In this document: in pieces, positions 11,002 through 21,848 of the stretch | Numbering within the stretch: position 1 is the first letter of the stretch | Layout: every line of letters begins with the position of its first letter | NCBI GenBank assembly: GCA_002269645.1 | Contig: NIVC01003791.1 | Span: 1 to 64,000 of the forward strand | Length of the DNA stretch: 64,000 bases | Direction of reading: 5' to 3' | Source: Macrostomum lignano | Taxonomy: Eukaryota | Notes under the pieces: model-generated | Databases searched by the model: none | The model's input: the letters and a program-made list of their open reading frames with translations, nothing else | What the model was told of the DNA's origin: nothing | Position numbers and translations under genes: made by a program

Positions 11002-12519
11002 ATGTCGGACGACTCTGAGCAGCGACAGCAGCCGGCGCCTGCGGCCTTCCAGGTGCCCGTGGATGAGGAGAACATTGCCCAGACTGGCGGCCGGCGACCC
11101 AGGCATCTGGAGCAGAGGATGGAGGATCGCGAAGGCATCACAGCCGAGGTTATGACCCGGCGACAGGCGGAGGCTGAGGAGAGACGGAAGGTGAGATGAA
11201 GCGAAATTAGATAGCTTAAAATTTATTTGAAATCGAAACAGTTGGCGAACCTGCAAAATATTCGTTTTCAGTAAAGAGTGGAAGATTCTATTTTAAGATT
11301 TTCCATGACTCATTTGCCATTTGCAGTCGGTCTCCGTCTGTCCCCGTCTCTCTTTCGACTCTTCCTTCATCCCTAGGGAGGACTCAACGAACCCAACCTC
11401 GTATAGCATTGGCCCCAGTAATGACTCAGGATTAACGATGCTCAAAGTTTATCTATATGGAAATAAAGTGAATAGCAGCTAAGGATTTAAGGGGGGGGGG
11501 GGGGTGGGCGGCTGCCCCCTTGCGGCTGGCGAGGATGGCGCCCCTTTTCCTTTTGGCTGGCAGCCCCAAATATTATCAATATTCTGAACTGTATTACTTT
11601 GAATGGACGGAGTGATTAAATCCAAAAACAGGAAGAAGTGCCGAAGACACAAGCATAGAAGTTGCCTGGCTAACTTCATACTATGTGCTCAGGTCCTCAT
11701 AAAAAATAAAAAAAGGTCATCACCGCCCCCCCATTCAGTTTGCTCAGTAAAGCGCCTCTCTAGTGTATATTGTGGCGCCCCTCTAGTGTATATTGTGGCG
11801 CCCCTCTAGTGTATATTGTGGCGCCCCTCTAGTGTATATTGTGGCGCCCCTCTAGTGTATATTGTGGCGCCCCTCTAGTGTATATTGTGGCGCCCCTCTA
11901 GTGTCAATTATGGCGCCCCTCTAGTGTATATTGTGGTGCCCCTCTCGTGTATATTGTGGCGCCGCTCTAGTGTATATTGTGGCGCCCCTCTAGTGTCAAT
12001 TATGGCGCCCCTCTAGTGTATATTGTGGCGCCCCTCTAGTGTATATTGTGGTGCCCCTCTAGTTTATATTGTGGCGCCCCTCTAGTGTATATTGTGGTGC
12101 CCCTCTAGTTTATATTGTGGCGCCCCTCTAGTGTATATTGTGGCGCCCCTCTAGTGTATATTGTGGCGCCCCCACTCTTATGGTTAAAATCCGCCTATCA
12201 TTTTACGAGTGCATATTTCTAAATCCGCCTTTTATCGCAGATTGCAAGACATTTTCATTTCATGCTAACCGCGATGATGAATAGAATGAAAATGAACAAT
12301 CACAGAATATTTTCTCTTTAACAGCTTGTCAAAGCCGTTACGATGCTACACTAATTGCAACGCAGTGAAGGGTCAGCCGAAATGAATTTTCTTTAACCAC
12401 CCCTTTCGCCATAGAGAAAAGAGGCCGAGACAATCAAGCGCGTCAGCATGCACCACGAGAAGGTGGACAAAATCTCCAAGGATGCCGAGGATCGCAAGAA
12501 GAGGGAGAGCGTCAGCTGA
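11002..12519 (+). CDS. Stathmin-like protein, 97 aa; exons 11002-11190 and 12415-12519
   Basis: A phase-0 GTGAGA...ATAG splice gives MSDDSEQRQQPAPAAFQVPVDEE...ITAEVMTRRQAEAEERRK|RKEAETIKRVSMHHEKVDKISKDAEDRKKRESVS*. This matches the stathmin pattern AFEL...LEAAEERRKSHEAEVLK. Confidence 0.75.
11733..12230 (-). mobile_element. Second copy of the 24-bp-minisatellite MITE-like element (in the stathmin-like intron)
   Basis: (CTCTAGTGTATATTGTGGCGCCCC)n with the same flanks as 2831-3225 in reverse complement. Confidence 0.7.
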
Positions 12520-15008
12520 CGGCTGAAAAAGCTTGAACTGTCGACTAGTTTTTACTTTTATTTGCTTTTAGCGTGGTTTTGCTTTTATCTGCTGTTGGCT
12601 TCTTTGCTTTTTACTCCTTCCTTGCTTAAAAAGCAATCTCTTCTCAAGCGCTTTGATGCATATGGACTGTGATTAAAATGCACTTTCTATTGGCCATTAT
12701 AAATGGAAGCAATTTTCAGACCCTTGCTTAAAGCTAAAGATGTAAGTCCGAATTTATTTAAAATCTCTTTTAAACCTTAAATATATGTGATCGAATGTCA
12801 GCGGGTAGTGATGACTAAAATTTTATTCTAGGCTAACTTAGTTAAAAAGCGCTGGGTGTAATTTTCTAGATAATTGTGCTCGCTTGATGCGCAACAGATC
12901 GCTAAACAGAAAGTTTTGTAAAATTCACTTTTCTTCTCTCTTGTTCATAAGTTTCGTACTGACATTCAAGGGTTGTTTTTTATGTTGAAAGTAATAAGTA
13001 CAGTTATCACTGTCTTTAATCGGGCAAATAGCTGTTAAGTAATAGTCGAGCCTTTTTGCTACTGTAGTACGGCATATTTACCAGCAGAGACCGCCTTTCA
13101 AAACTTATATTAGTTTGTGGACAAATAAAGAATTTTGTCGGTTGTCGCGATATGCATGCACTACTCTCGTTGAGTAAATTAAACGTGTACATGTACGTAT
13201 AGTAGCGTTTTTCGGCTTTATTTGGGATCAGGCTGGTAGTGTGATATACCAAAACGTCTTGTAGTTTGGATACCAGCTTTAGTCAGAACGACACGACTGA
13301 TGTTTTTCTATATAACAACAAGAGACCTATCGGAGTGATTCGGATGAGAATGGAAAAATCGTTCCTGAAAAAATATATAACAATGATCTAAGTGTGATGT
13401 GTTTAATTTAAATATACGCCTTTATTTTTCGCGACAATATAACAAAAATGTACAGACATACGATATAAAAGTTGCGTATATGATTATTCCATGAAGTGGA
13501 ACTATAGCTAATTGACTATTTCGTCTAAAAAGCTTAATGAAATAGAGTGTCATAGCGTTTTATATAAAAGCCTTTTTCGGACTGGCTTTTACATCATAAA
13601 CAAAGCAAAGGGAACCATTAGATCATTTCCTCCTTGACCTCTAAAGTCAGAACTTGTGCTACTTCGCTAGCTCTATTTATTTAATAAAATAATCTTAACG
13701 GCTAAGGCTAATTATTGTAGAGCTATTCTGTAAAACGTGTGAAAAGTGACTGTTCTGTTTCCATATTTGTTTCTAATGCTCAGCAGAATTACTGTTTTTT
13801 ATTTTTTTGTTGTTGACATTTTGTAAAATATTTTACAGAGTATTTTTAAGTGAATACTAAATAGTTTGATATTTACTAGTTTAGGCCTAATTGAAGATTT
13901 TACTTTTTATCAACCCTTTAAGACAGGCCTTAGTACAAGTATTGTAATTATATTATAATTCAAGTTTCTATTAAATAAATATATCATTATATATAGTGAG
14001 GTTTTGAAATAAAGGTTATAAAAATATTTTAAAAAATAACTTCTGCTGTTTTTTAACCATGTTTATTAATACATATGACATTTATCTATAAGTAGGTTAG
14101 TACTATAAAGCCTATGCTATGTAATGATAACATTATTATTCTATTAGTGAATAGTTATATTGCTAGATTTAAAGATAGGCAACTAAGGCTAACTTCATTT
14201 AAGACGATATGATAGTATTTTTATGATTTCTAGCATTTGATATTTGAGTTATTAAATAAATACATGTTTTCATTCCTATAGTATATATAATTAACTAGAC
14301 ATTATATATATTATATTGTATTATCTTTTTAAATACCTTTAATATTTTTAACCTAGTTCATTTGTTCTATTAGAATATTGAAATATTTTTAAATTTATAC
14401 TTGTTTCAATATATCATATATATCTTTCTATGGGCTTCTAGCTTCTACCTTCTAGCAAACTCCTAAGATGATTGACCAAAACAAAAAATATCATTGTTGA
14501 TTGAAAGACTGGCTAAATAAAGACAGCTATCCAATATCTCAATCAAGATAAACAAATAATATTTTTAACATAATATAATAAATTAAACAGTTTATACAAG
14601 TAAATAAATTAAAGATTTATTTTGTTTTTACTAGCAAATAAAATGTTATTTTCTGAAAATATAAAAACAAAAAATAGGCATAGGCCAAAGAATAATTTGA
14701 CCCTTTGAGTTCATTGTAGTACAATGAATGAAATCACCAAGTATTTATACTTATCTTACATAAAAGGATTCTTTTAATTCTAAAATAATATCTAGTTAAT
14801 ATAGTTATAAAATTCTTTACAAAAAACCTTACAGGGCTTTAACTCTTTATCCAACTTTCTGTATTGCAGAACTTACTGCTCACAAAGCGCTGGGCGAGTT
14901 GCAGTGCCATTCTGCTCAGACTTCTTGCTGACAGCTGCTAGTCTTTGTTGCTGTGGTCGAGATTGAAACAAAGAGTGTTGAATAGCAAACTAACTAAAGT
15001 ACACCCCA

Positions 15009-17774
15009 ATGAAGCAGCAGTTTCGGCACAAAGACGGCTGCTGTATTTGTGCAACAAAGAGCAGCACAACCCGTTTCCAATTGTCAACCGATTACGAAGC
15101 CAATTTCGCGCAGGTGTTTGGCGCCAAGGCGCGCAATCGATCTGGCCACATTTGCAACGCCTGCATCCTGTGCGTTAGGCGAGGCTGCGGCGGCGGCAGT
15201 CCCAGCTATGCAGGCTCGGGCATTAACAAAGCTCCATATGCTAATGTAAGCTGGCTGGCTGGCTTGAACTTGAAGCAGATTAATTAGTTGCTTCAGAGGG
15301 TCTAGGCCCAACCCTGGGGTAACCTAACACTTTCTTTTGACTTCGAATTTCTCATTATTCTTCGTCCAGGGCGAGGGAAAGGGGGGCGGTTTTTTCGCCC
15401 AACTCATTATAAACAAGGCCACCTGAGGTCAATCGTGCCAGCATGGAGGGGACAAACTCCTTAGTGTACTATTAAAAGTATTCGTTAATGAAACTTGTAA
15501 ATTGTAATGCTTTTAAAGTTTATCAAATATTTTTAAAGGTACAAGATATACAGATGTCTAAGAATGTCTGTGCGTCTCTTCCAGTCCAGATGGTTCCAGG
15601 AGTCCACGAGAGTTCGTAAATGTCTGTACGATACGATAATAATAATAATAATTGATTACACCTGCCCTAATGCGCAGATGTGCAACCGACAGCTCAGCCG
15701 CAGCTATTGCGCGGCGCATTTGAAGACTGCGTACGGCCAAGGACTGGGGGGTCGCCACACACACCCTCAATTACCCCAGCTGATGCTGGCACCCATTTTA
15801 CAACCGGGTGAAATGAAGCAATTCAGAGTTAAGTGTCTTGCTCAAGGACACAAATTGTTCCGGGAGGGTTAGGAATCGAACTCCTGACTTTCAAGTCGTA
15901 AGTCCGACGCTTCAACCACTAGGCTATAACCGCGTTGACCACCCGGACGATATAATATATATAAGCGTCTAAGAATATCTTCCAGTGTTTATAAGTGTTT
16001 CTTCCAGTCCAGATGGTTCCAGGAGTCCATGAGAGTTCGTAAATGTCTGGACGCTAATAAAGTCAGGGGGGCTGTACAGTGTACACCTTGTGTGTGTTGC
16101 GTGCTCAGGGGCCAGCGGAATAGGCACGACTGCTGGCCTCCGCGCTTGCTGCGGGGGCCGACTGTCGATCGCCTACCTTTGATTTTTGGCAGCGCCCTCC
16201 CTCTTACAATCTGACTGGCTAACTTTATCATATAGTTAACGACTCCCTCAGGTCGTGGACTCGCGGCGCGGCACCGGCCCCAAACACATGAAGCAAATCA
16301 GCAAGCGGAATCGCCGGCGCGAGCTGCGCGAGGCGGCCGCTGCTAAACAGGCTAACGGCGGCGCCAGCGGAGGCGGCGGCGGTAGCGGCACATCAGGCGG
16401 CAGTGCCAACGGCAAACTGCAGCAGTTGGCGGAGGCCGCCGGCGTGTCCGTCGACTTGTCGGTGTCGGCATCTGCTGCAGGACTGGTTGGCTTGAACGGC
16501 GGGCCTTCGGGTGGCGGGTGCAGCGGAAACGGCGGCGCAGTCAACGGAAGCGGCTCAGCTGCCATGCCTGGACAGATCGGACAGGGTGAGGCAGACGGGC
16601 GCGGGCACTGAGACATTGATGAGGCCGACTCATGACATGATAACTGCCATTATAGGACACCAAGACAGAAGACAGACCTTAGTAGGACATTATATAGCAC
16701 TGAGAGTATAGTATGACTTTACATGATTGCCGCAATGACATTTAAGGCAGATACTATGAAAGCACAATACTGACACTAATACACAATAGAAGTGACGGAC
16801 AAAATAACATTATAGGGGTTGTAGTTGTAGAGTGTCGGACTCACGACTTGAATGTCGGGGGTTCGATTCCCAATCCCACTGGAACAATTTGTGTCCTTGA
16901 GCAAGACACTTAACTCTGAATTGCTTCAGTTCACCCAGCTGTAAAATGGGTGCCAGAATTAGCTGGGGTAATTGAGGGTGTGTGTGGCGACCCCCCAGTC
17001 CTTGGACTGAACAGCCGTACGCAGTCTTCAGATGCGCCGCGCAATAGCTGCGGCTGAGCTGTCGGTTGCACATCAGGTCAATTAGGAGGTGTTATCAAAT
17101 AATATTATTATCATTATGACATTATTTGACTACGCTATTACACAATAAGAGGGACAATATGACATTATAGGACTGATACTAATACACAATAAGAGTGACA
17201 ATATGACATATGACTGACACTAGTACACAATAGGAGTGACAACATGACATTATAAGACTGACACTAATACACAATAAGGGGGTCACTATAATCTCATAGG
17301 AAAAACGAAGTTTGGATTGGACACTAAGAAACTTTAAGAAAATTATGAAGTGCGTGTATGTTTCAAGAGCTTAACATTTATATTATAGCGAAGCTCAATG
17401 CTTACCATCATCCTCTCTTTCCCATTGCGCCTACAGACGGAGAATTCCGAACTCCCCTGGCGCCGCCATCGAATGGCGCCACAGGGCGGCGCCGTCAGCA
17501 ATATTATAAGAAGCGGGTGATCATGCAGCCCGTGAAGATACCGGACAGCAAAGAGATTGGCGAATTATTCCAAGACGTCATGCAGTCTCGCTGTATGGCC
17601 CAATCGGACGGGCCGCTGTCATTCCAGCAGGTTCATTCGGCTTTTCTAACTACAAAACGGCGCCGATTGCTGGCCAGCAGCGGCTCCGAGACGGCTTCAG
17701 TCACTAGCACTGAGGCGCCGGAGTCGTTTACTAGTGACACTCCGTCCGCTGGCAGTATTGGACCTCAGCTGTGA
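15009..17774 (+). CDS. SINHCAF: SIN3-HDAC complex-associated factor (FAM60A) homolog, ~302 aa; exons 15009-15245, 16252-16585, 17437-17774
   Basis: GCCICATKSSTTRF...YEANFAQVFG...RSGHICNACILCVRR matches the FAM60A N-terminal Cys domain (GCCICRAKSSSSRF...RSGDICNACVLLVKR). Splicing gives N|VVDSRRG (cf. NHVVDARAG). Intron phases 0 and 1 are consistent. Confidence 0.88.
15631..15931 (-). mobile_element. tRNA-derived CORE-type SINE, copy 2 (full head), in SINHCAF intron 1
   Basis: Reverse complement starts GGTTATAGCCTAGTGGTTGAAGCGTCGGAC...GTTCGATTCC (A and B boxes), then the CORE-like block and a (TTA)n tail. Confidence 0.85.
16620..17300. repeat. Degenerate GACATTATA/ACACTAATACACAATA tandem repeat interrupted by a SINE
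   Basis: Related units on both sides of 16815-17115. Confidence 0.6.
16815..17115 (+). mobile_element. tRNA-derived CORE-type SINE, copy 3, in SINHCAF intron 2
   Basis: Same sequence as copies 1 and 2, including the B box and CORE-like block. Confidence 0.85.
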
Positions 17775-18129
17775 TTGGCCGGGTCAGGCTTAGGGCCTGG
17801 GGTTCAGGGTTACGTCACAGCAGGGGCCGATGAATTCGGGCCTCCAAAACAATTGAGTTTAGAAGCGAGCAATGTACTAGCGCAAACCTTAGTGGGATCA
17901 GAGAATCTTCAGCCGTGTGGGGGACGCTAAAATAACTAGATATGTCACTCGAAATTAAATTAGTGAAAAAGTATAGCGTGTACTATTTTTAATAGTTTGT
18001 TTGCGCAGCGTCACTTAATTTTTTGTGGTAGCTAAAATCTCCTTTCCTTAGTTTATGGGGTTGAGAATGAACGACAAGAATTTTAATTCGATGTACTCAA
18101 GTGAACTCAAGAGAAGACACTCAGCCTAG

Positions 18130-18280
18130 AGAGGGGCAGGCCCAATCTAGCTTAGCCAATGAGAGTGCAGTAGGGAGAGACTAGGGGCAGGCCCAATCTA
18201 GCTCAGCCAATGAGAGAACAGTAAGGAGAGACTAGGGGCTGGCCCAATCTAGCTCAGCCAATGAGAGAGCAGTAAGGAAA
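18130..18280. repeat. Three copies of a 51-bp unit, each with two CCAAT motifs
   Basis: GGCCCAATCTAG at 18139, 18190 and 18241; GCCAATGAG in each unit. Confidence 0.8.
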
Positions 18281-21019
18281 GAAGTCAACGTCAGATATAA
18301 GCGGGCAAGAAGAAAGCCAAACTGTTTATCGGCCTGACTGGGGCTGGGGCACCACCCCTTTTCTCTCTTGCTCGCTCGGGTGTGGCAGCTTCTGGGTGGA
18401 GATGTTAATTTAATAAGTTTGCTTGTAGAAAGCCAGTAGCAATTGTTGCAGCTTTAAACACTTAAATACTCTTTAAAACTTTATTTAGCCTGTATAAAAA
18501 CAAAAAACGGTAATTTTGCTACTGTTAAAGTGAAGATACTCGTAAGAGCACTTATGTGAGTGACATATCTACTATTCTTGTATCTGTGAACGTAAGCAGA
18601 TGGCAAGTCTCGGTCAACTACTACTTTAACTTATGATCAGTCCGCGCCCGCGCAGTTCTAGGTTTAGTCGTTATGATTTAGCCTATGATAATACTTTACC
18701 AGTCTGCTTTTTATCTTGATAAGAAATAGATTAAGAGTTCTATTGTACAGCATTATTTACTGAGAAAAGCTGGTTTTTTAAATACAGAATTCTTGTTGGC
18801 TATTATTTTTTGGCAATTTTGGATTTATGTTTTGAGTACATTCATTAAGTTATTACGTCGTTGATGACAGGTTTAAAATTTGATTTTACTTGTTTTTACC
18901 GTCGCACAAAGACTGTTCAATAAGTAAATCATGTACTAGTAGTTTGTACTTCGTATACATATCTGCTGATTGCACTTCCCAGTATGCTTATTTTAAAAAT
19001 GTGTTTGAATTGGCGCCAAGTTTCTCTTACACTGCATGACCGCACCCATGTTTAGGTAGCTATTAATGATGGTCGATACAGGCAGCTAGCAGTAGCAGTT
19101 ACACAGTAGTAGTATGTGGCGCATATCGTTTGTCCCATATTTTTTCTGTTGTCCATAAAACTAATGCGCAATCTATGTCTGTTATTTTGAGTCCATTTTC
19201 CATCACTTGTATCTGGCTGTACAGTTATCACCTAGCCACTTTTGTCTTTTTCGAGTTGACTTGTCATTGTCAAGATTGACTGTGTATTGCTCCTGTTAAT
19301 ATTCAAATCAGTTCTGTCTGTGCGCTACGAGTATATTACTGTAGCTGTAGTACAGAGTATTATATATTAGAGTATATATAACTGTAGTACAGAGTAGGTC
19401 AAGATACTACATATATTTGCCTTGTTGCAACCCAACAATATTGAATAGTAGCAACCCATCGCTGTGGTTTTTTTGTGCTCGACTAAAATTTGGTTAGTAG
19501 TATCGTGTGCGCATGATTTTTTTCATTTGTTACTTAGTTTCTTTAATTGTTAATTTAATAGCGCATCGGTTACCGGTTATTCTACGTTGTAAAGTCTCAT
19601 TCTTGCTGGCATTTAATGCGTGAGCTAATTCGTTTTTTCCTATTTATTTAATAACATGTACGCGCGTATGATTATATAGCTATACACATATTTTTATATA
19701 AATAGTATACCCAGCCATTTTGCGTTGAAGTTGCGTTTTGCTTAATTGGTTTTCCTTATCAGTAGAAACCAACGGATTTATGATCCTTACTATTATAGCA
19801 TTGTACGTTTCACTTTTTTATTGACCGCGGCTTCTTAGTCTGATAGCATCATGCTTTCCTGGAATTGAATATGTACATTCAAACGATTAGTTGTGCATTA
19901 GGGTCCGCTACTGTACTCGTATTCCATATGTTGAAATCTAAGACTTGCTGAGCTGCAAACAATTGGCTATTATACTGATTGAACTACAGGTGCTGAGCCG
20001 GCCAGGTAGGGCAATTAGAGGCAATTGCTATTTATTATAACAAATGACTATTTGTCCCAAGCAATGGCATTATAAACAACCCCATAGTTGCAGCTGAATA
20101 ATGCTTTATTGAGCAAATACTTTTTACGTTTTCAAATTTTTTCTATAAAACTATTCTACATTACTTGCGCGATTGTAAAATCAATATTAAATTTTTTTCT
20201 TAAACGACCAATTTAAAAAGACGCTGAATCGCCAGAACACTTTTTGGTCTTAGTAAAGTTTTTTATTTACTACCGCAAATGTTACCAATTTAATAACCCA
20301 TTCTATTTTCCTTTTCCATGCTGTTATTCGCACCTTATTAGTTATTTTGACTATTTTTCTGCTTAGCTGACGACGTCTCATGGCCCCGATTAATTTTAAT
20401 GCAATGTAATACTGTTGTACTTGTATTAGTAATGACTGCGCGTTACGTATTTGCTGCTAACTCGGGTTGGTTCTGAAGCACTGAGCCAGTTTGTGTGTGT
20501 TGTCTCGATATTGCTATTTTTCACCTTTCCTGTCCTTATTTATACCAAATCGATCAGGGATATCTAATTTGCTTATATTTTAACTATTTTATTGTTTTCC
20601 TATTAATGATGGGTATGTAGTTACTTTTTAAAATATACAGCGTAGTTTTCCTACAAATAAAGTAAATTTAGATTTCGTATGCATGCAATAAGTTACATTT
20701 TAATACTGCCATGTGGTGTGGCAGTTCTTTGACTTCTTTGTACTTTTATTATTCCGATAGTGTCTCGAAGTTTCTATTCAATTTTAAACAAAAAGTTGAT
20801 TTAAAATTAAAGTTATTAAAGTACCATTCATATTTTTCTACGAGGGTAGTTCCGTGATTTCGTAACCACAAGATGCGCGCCTTCTCAATTCATTAACCTG
20901 CGTTTTTTATCTAATTAAACCGGTTTTTAGATATTTAGTGAATCAAGTAAAACTCAACGGATTGCGACCAAAAAAAGAAACAATTATGCAGTGAACAGCA
21001 CAACACCGCATGAGCAGGC

Positions 21020-21320
21020 GGTACTGTTCACTAAAAATCCAAAATATCATACATGAAAATGCGTAACGTTTTGAAACTGAGTAGCGCACCTTTTACAGTA
21101 AACGTCCGAAATACTGTATCACAAACACAAAATATCATAACTCCGGGTTGTAGCAACCCCAACACTTTTGTTCTTTGGAGTTACGGTCTTTCGAGATTGT
21201 TAGCCTTCTTAAAAGCGTTTTTTATAAGCGATCTTTCGGGTTTGTGATATTTTCGCTTTATGATGATGGGATCGAATTGTGCTTTCAGAGTTGATTTTTC
21301 AGGATTATCATGACGACCTA
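21020..21320. mobile_element. Decayed foldback-like element (TTTCGGGTTTGTGAT / ATCATAACTCCG motifs)
   Basis: Reverse complement of 21230-21320 resembles the start of the element at 62135. Confidence 0.55.
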
Positions 21321-21539
21321 TCCGGTGGACCACAATTGTGTACAATTGCTCACACTTTCTAAATAAAGTCTTAAGCAAGAACAACTCAACTCAACTGAGT
21401 ATTAGTATTGTCTTGAGATGAAACTGAGAGGCTCTTCATATTGCTTGTTCTTGTTCTAGAACCAGAACCAATTTGTAAAGTATAACTTTTTGTCTCCTTA
21501 ACTAGAGCGATATATTTGCTATAAACTCTTAATTATTGA

Positions 21540-21848
21540 GTCCAGGTAAAGGTACACCGTTTGAGAAAAGTCAGGAAAACGAAAGCAAAAGCGAACATTC
21601 GCATTGTATATTTAATAAAATTACAATTAATTGATCAATTTTCGCGCGACATGTTTTGCCGAACAATCGGCATCTTCAGGCAATATAGATTCATTTATTA
21701 AATATTACTCTGAATCTATATTATTGCTTTGCCTGATGAAGATGCCGATTGTTCGGTGAAACATGTCGCGCGAAGATTGATCAATTAATTGTAATTTTAT
21801 TAAAGATAAAATGCGAATGTTCGCTTTTGCTTTCGTTTTCCTGACTTT
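21540..21848. mobile_element. Penelope-like element remnant: inverted pLTR palindrome with hammerhead motifs
   Basis: Near-perfect hairpin 21564-21851. 13-bp direct repeat TCTTAATTATTGA at 21527-21539 and 21849-21861. CTGA(T/A)GA...GCCGATTGTTCGG...(G/A)AAACATGTC on both strands. Confidence 0.75.
21727..21775 (+). ncRNA. Minimal type-I hammerhead ribozyme-like motif (possibly defective)
   Basis: CUGAUGA at 21733-21739, stem II GCCGA-UUGU-UCGGU, GAAAC-AU-GUC with a predicted cut after 21767. An extra AGAU precedes stem II. Confidence 0.55.

Noticed and set aside
15860-15931. tRNA gene
   Set aside because: The tRNA-like sequence is the SINE head; it has no acceptor stem and continues into the CORE body.
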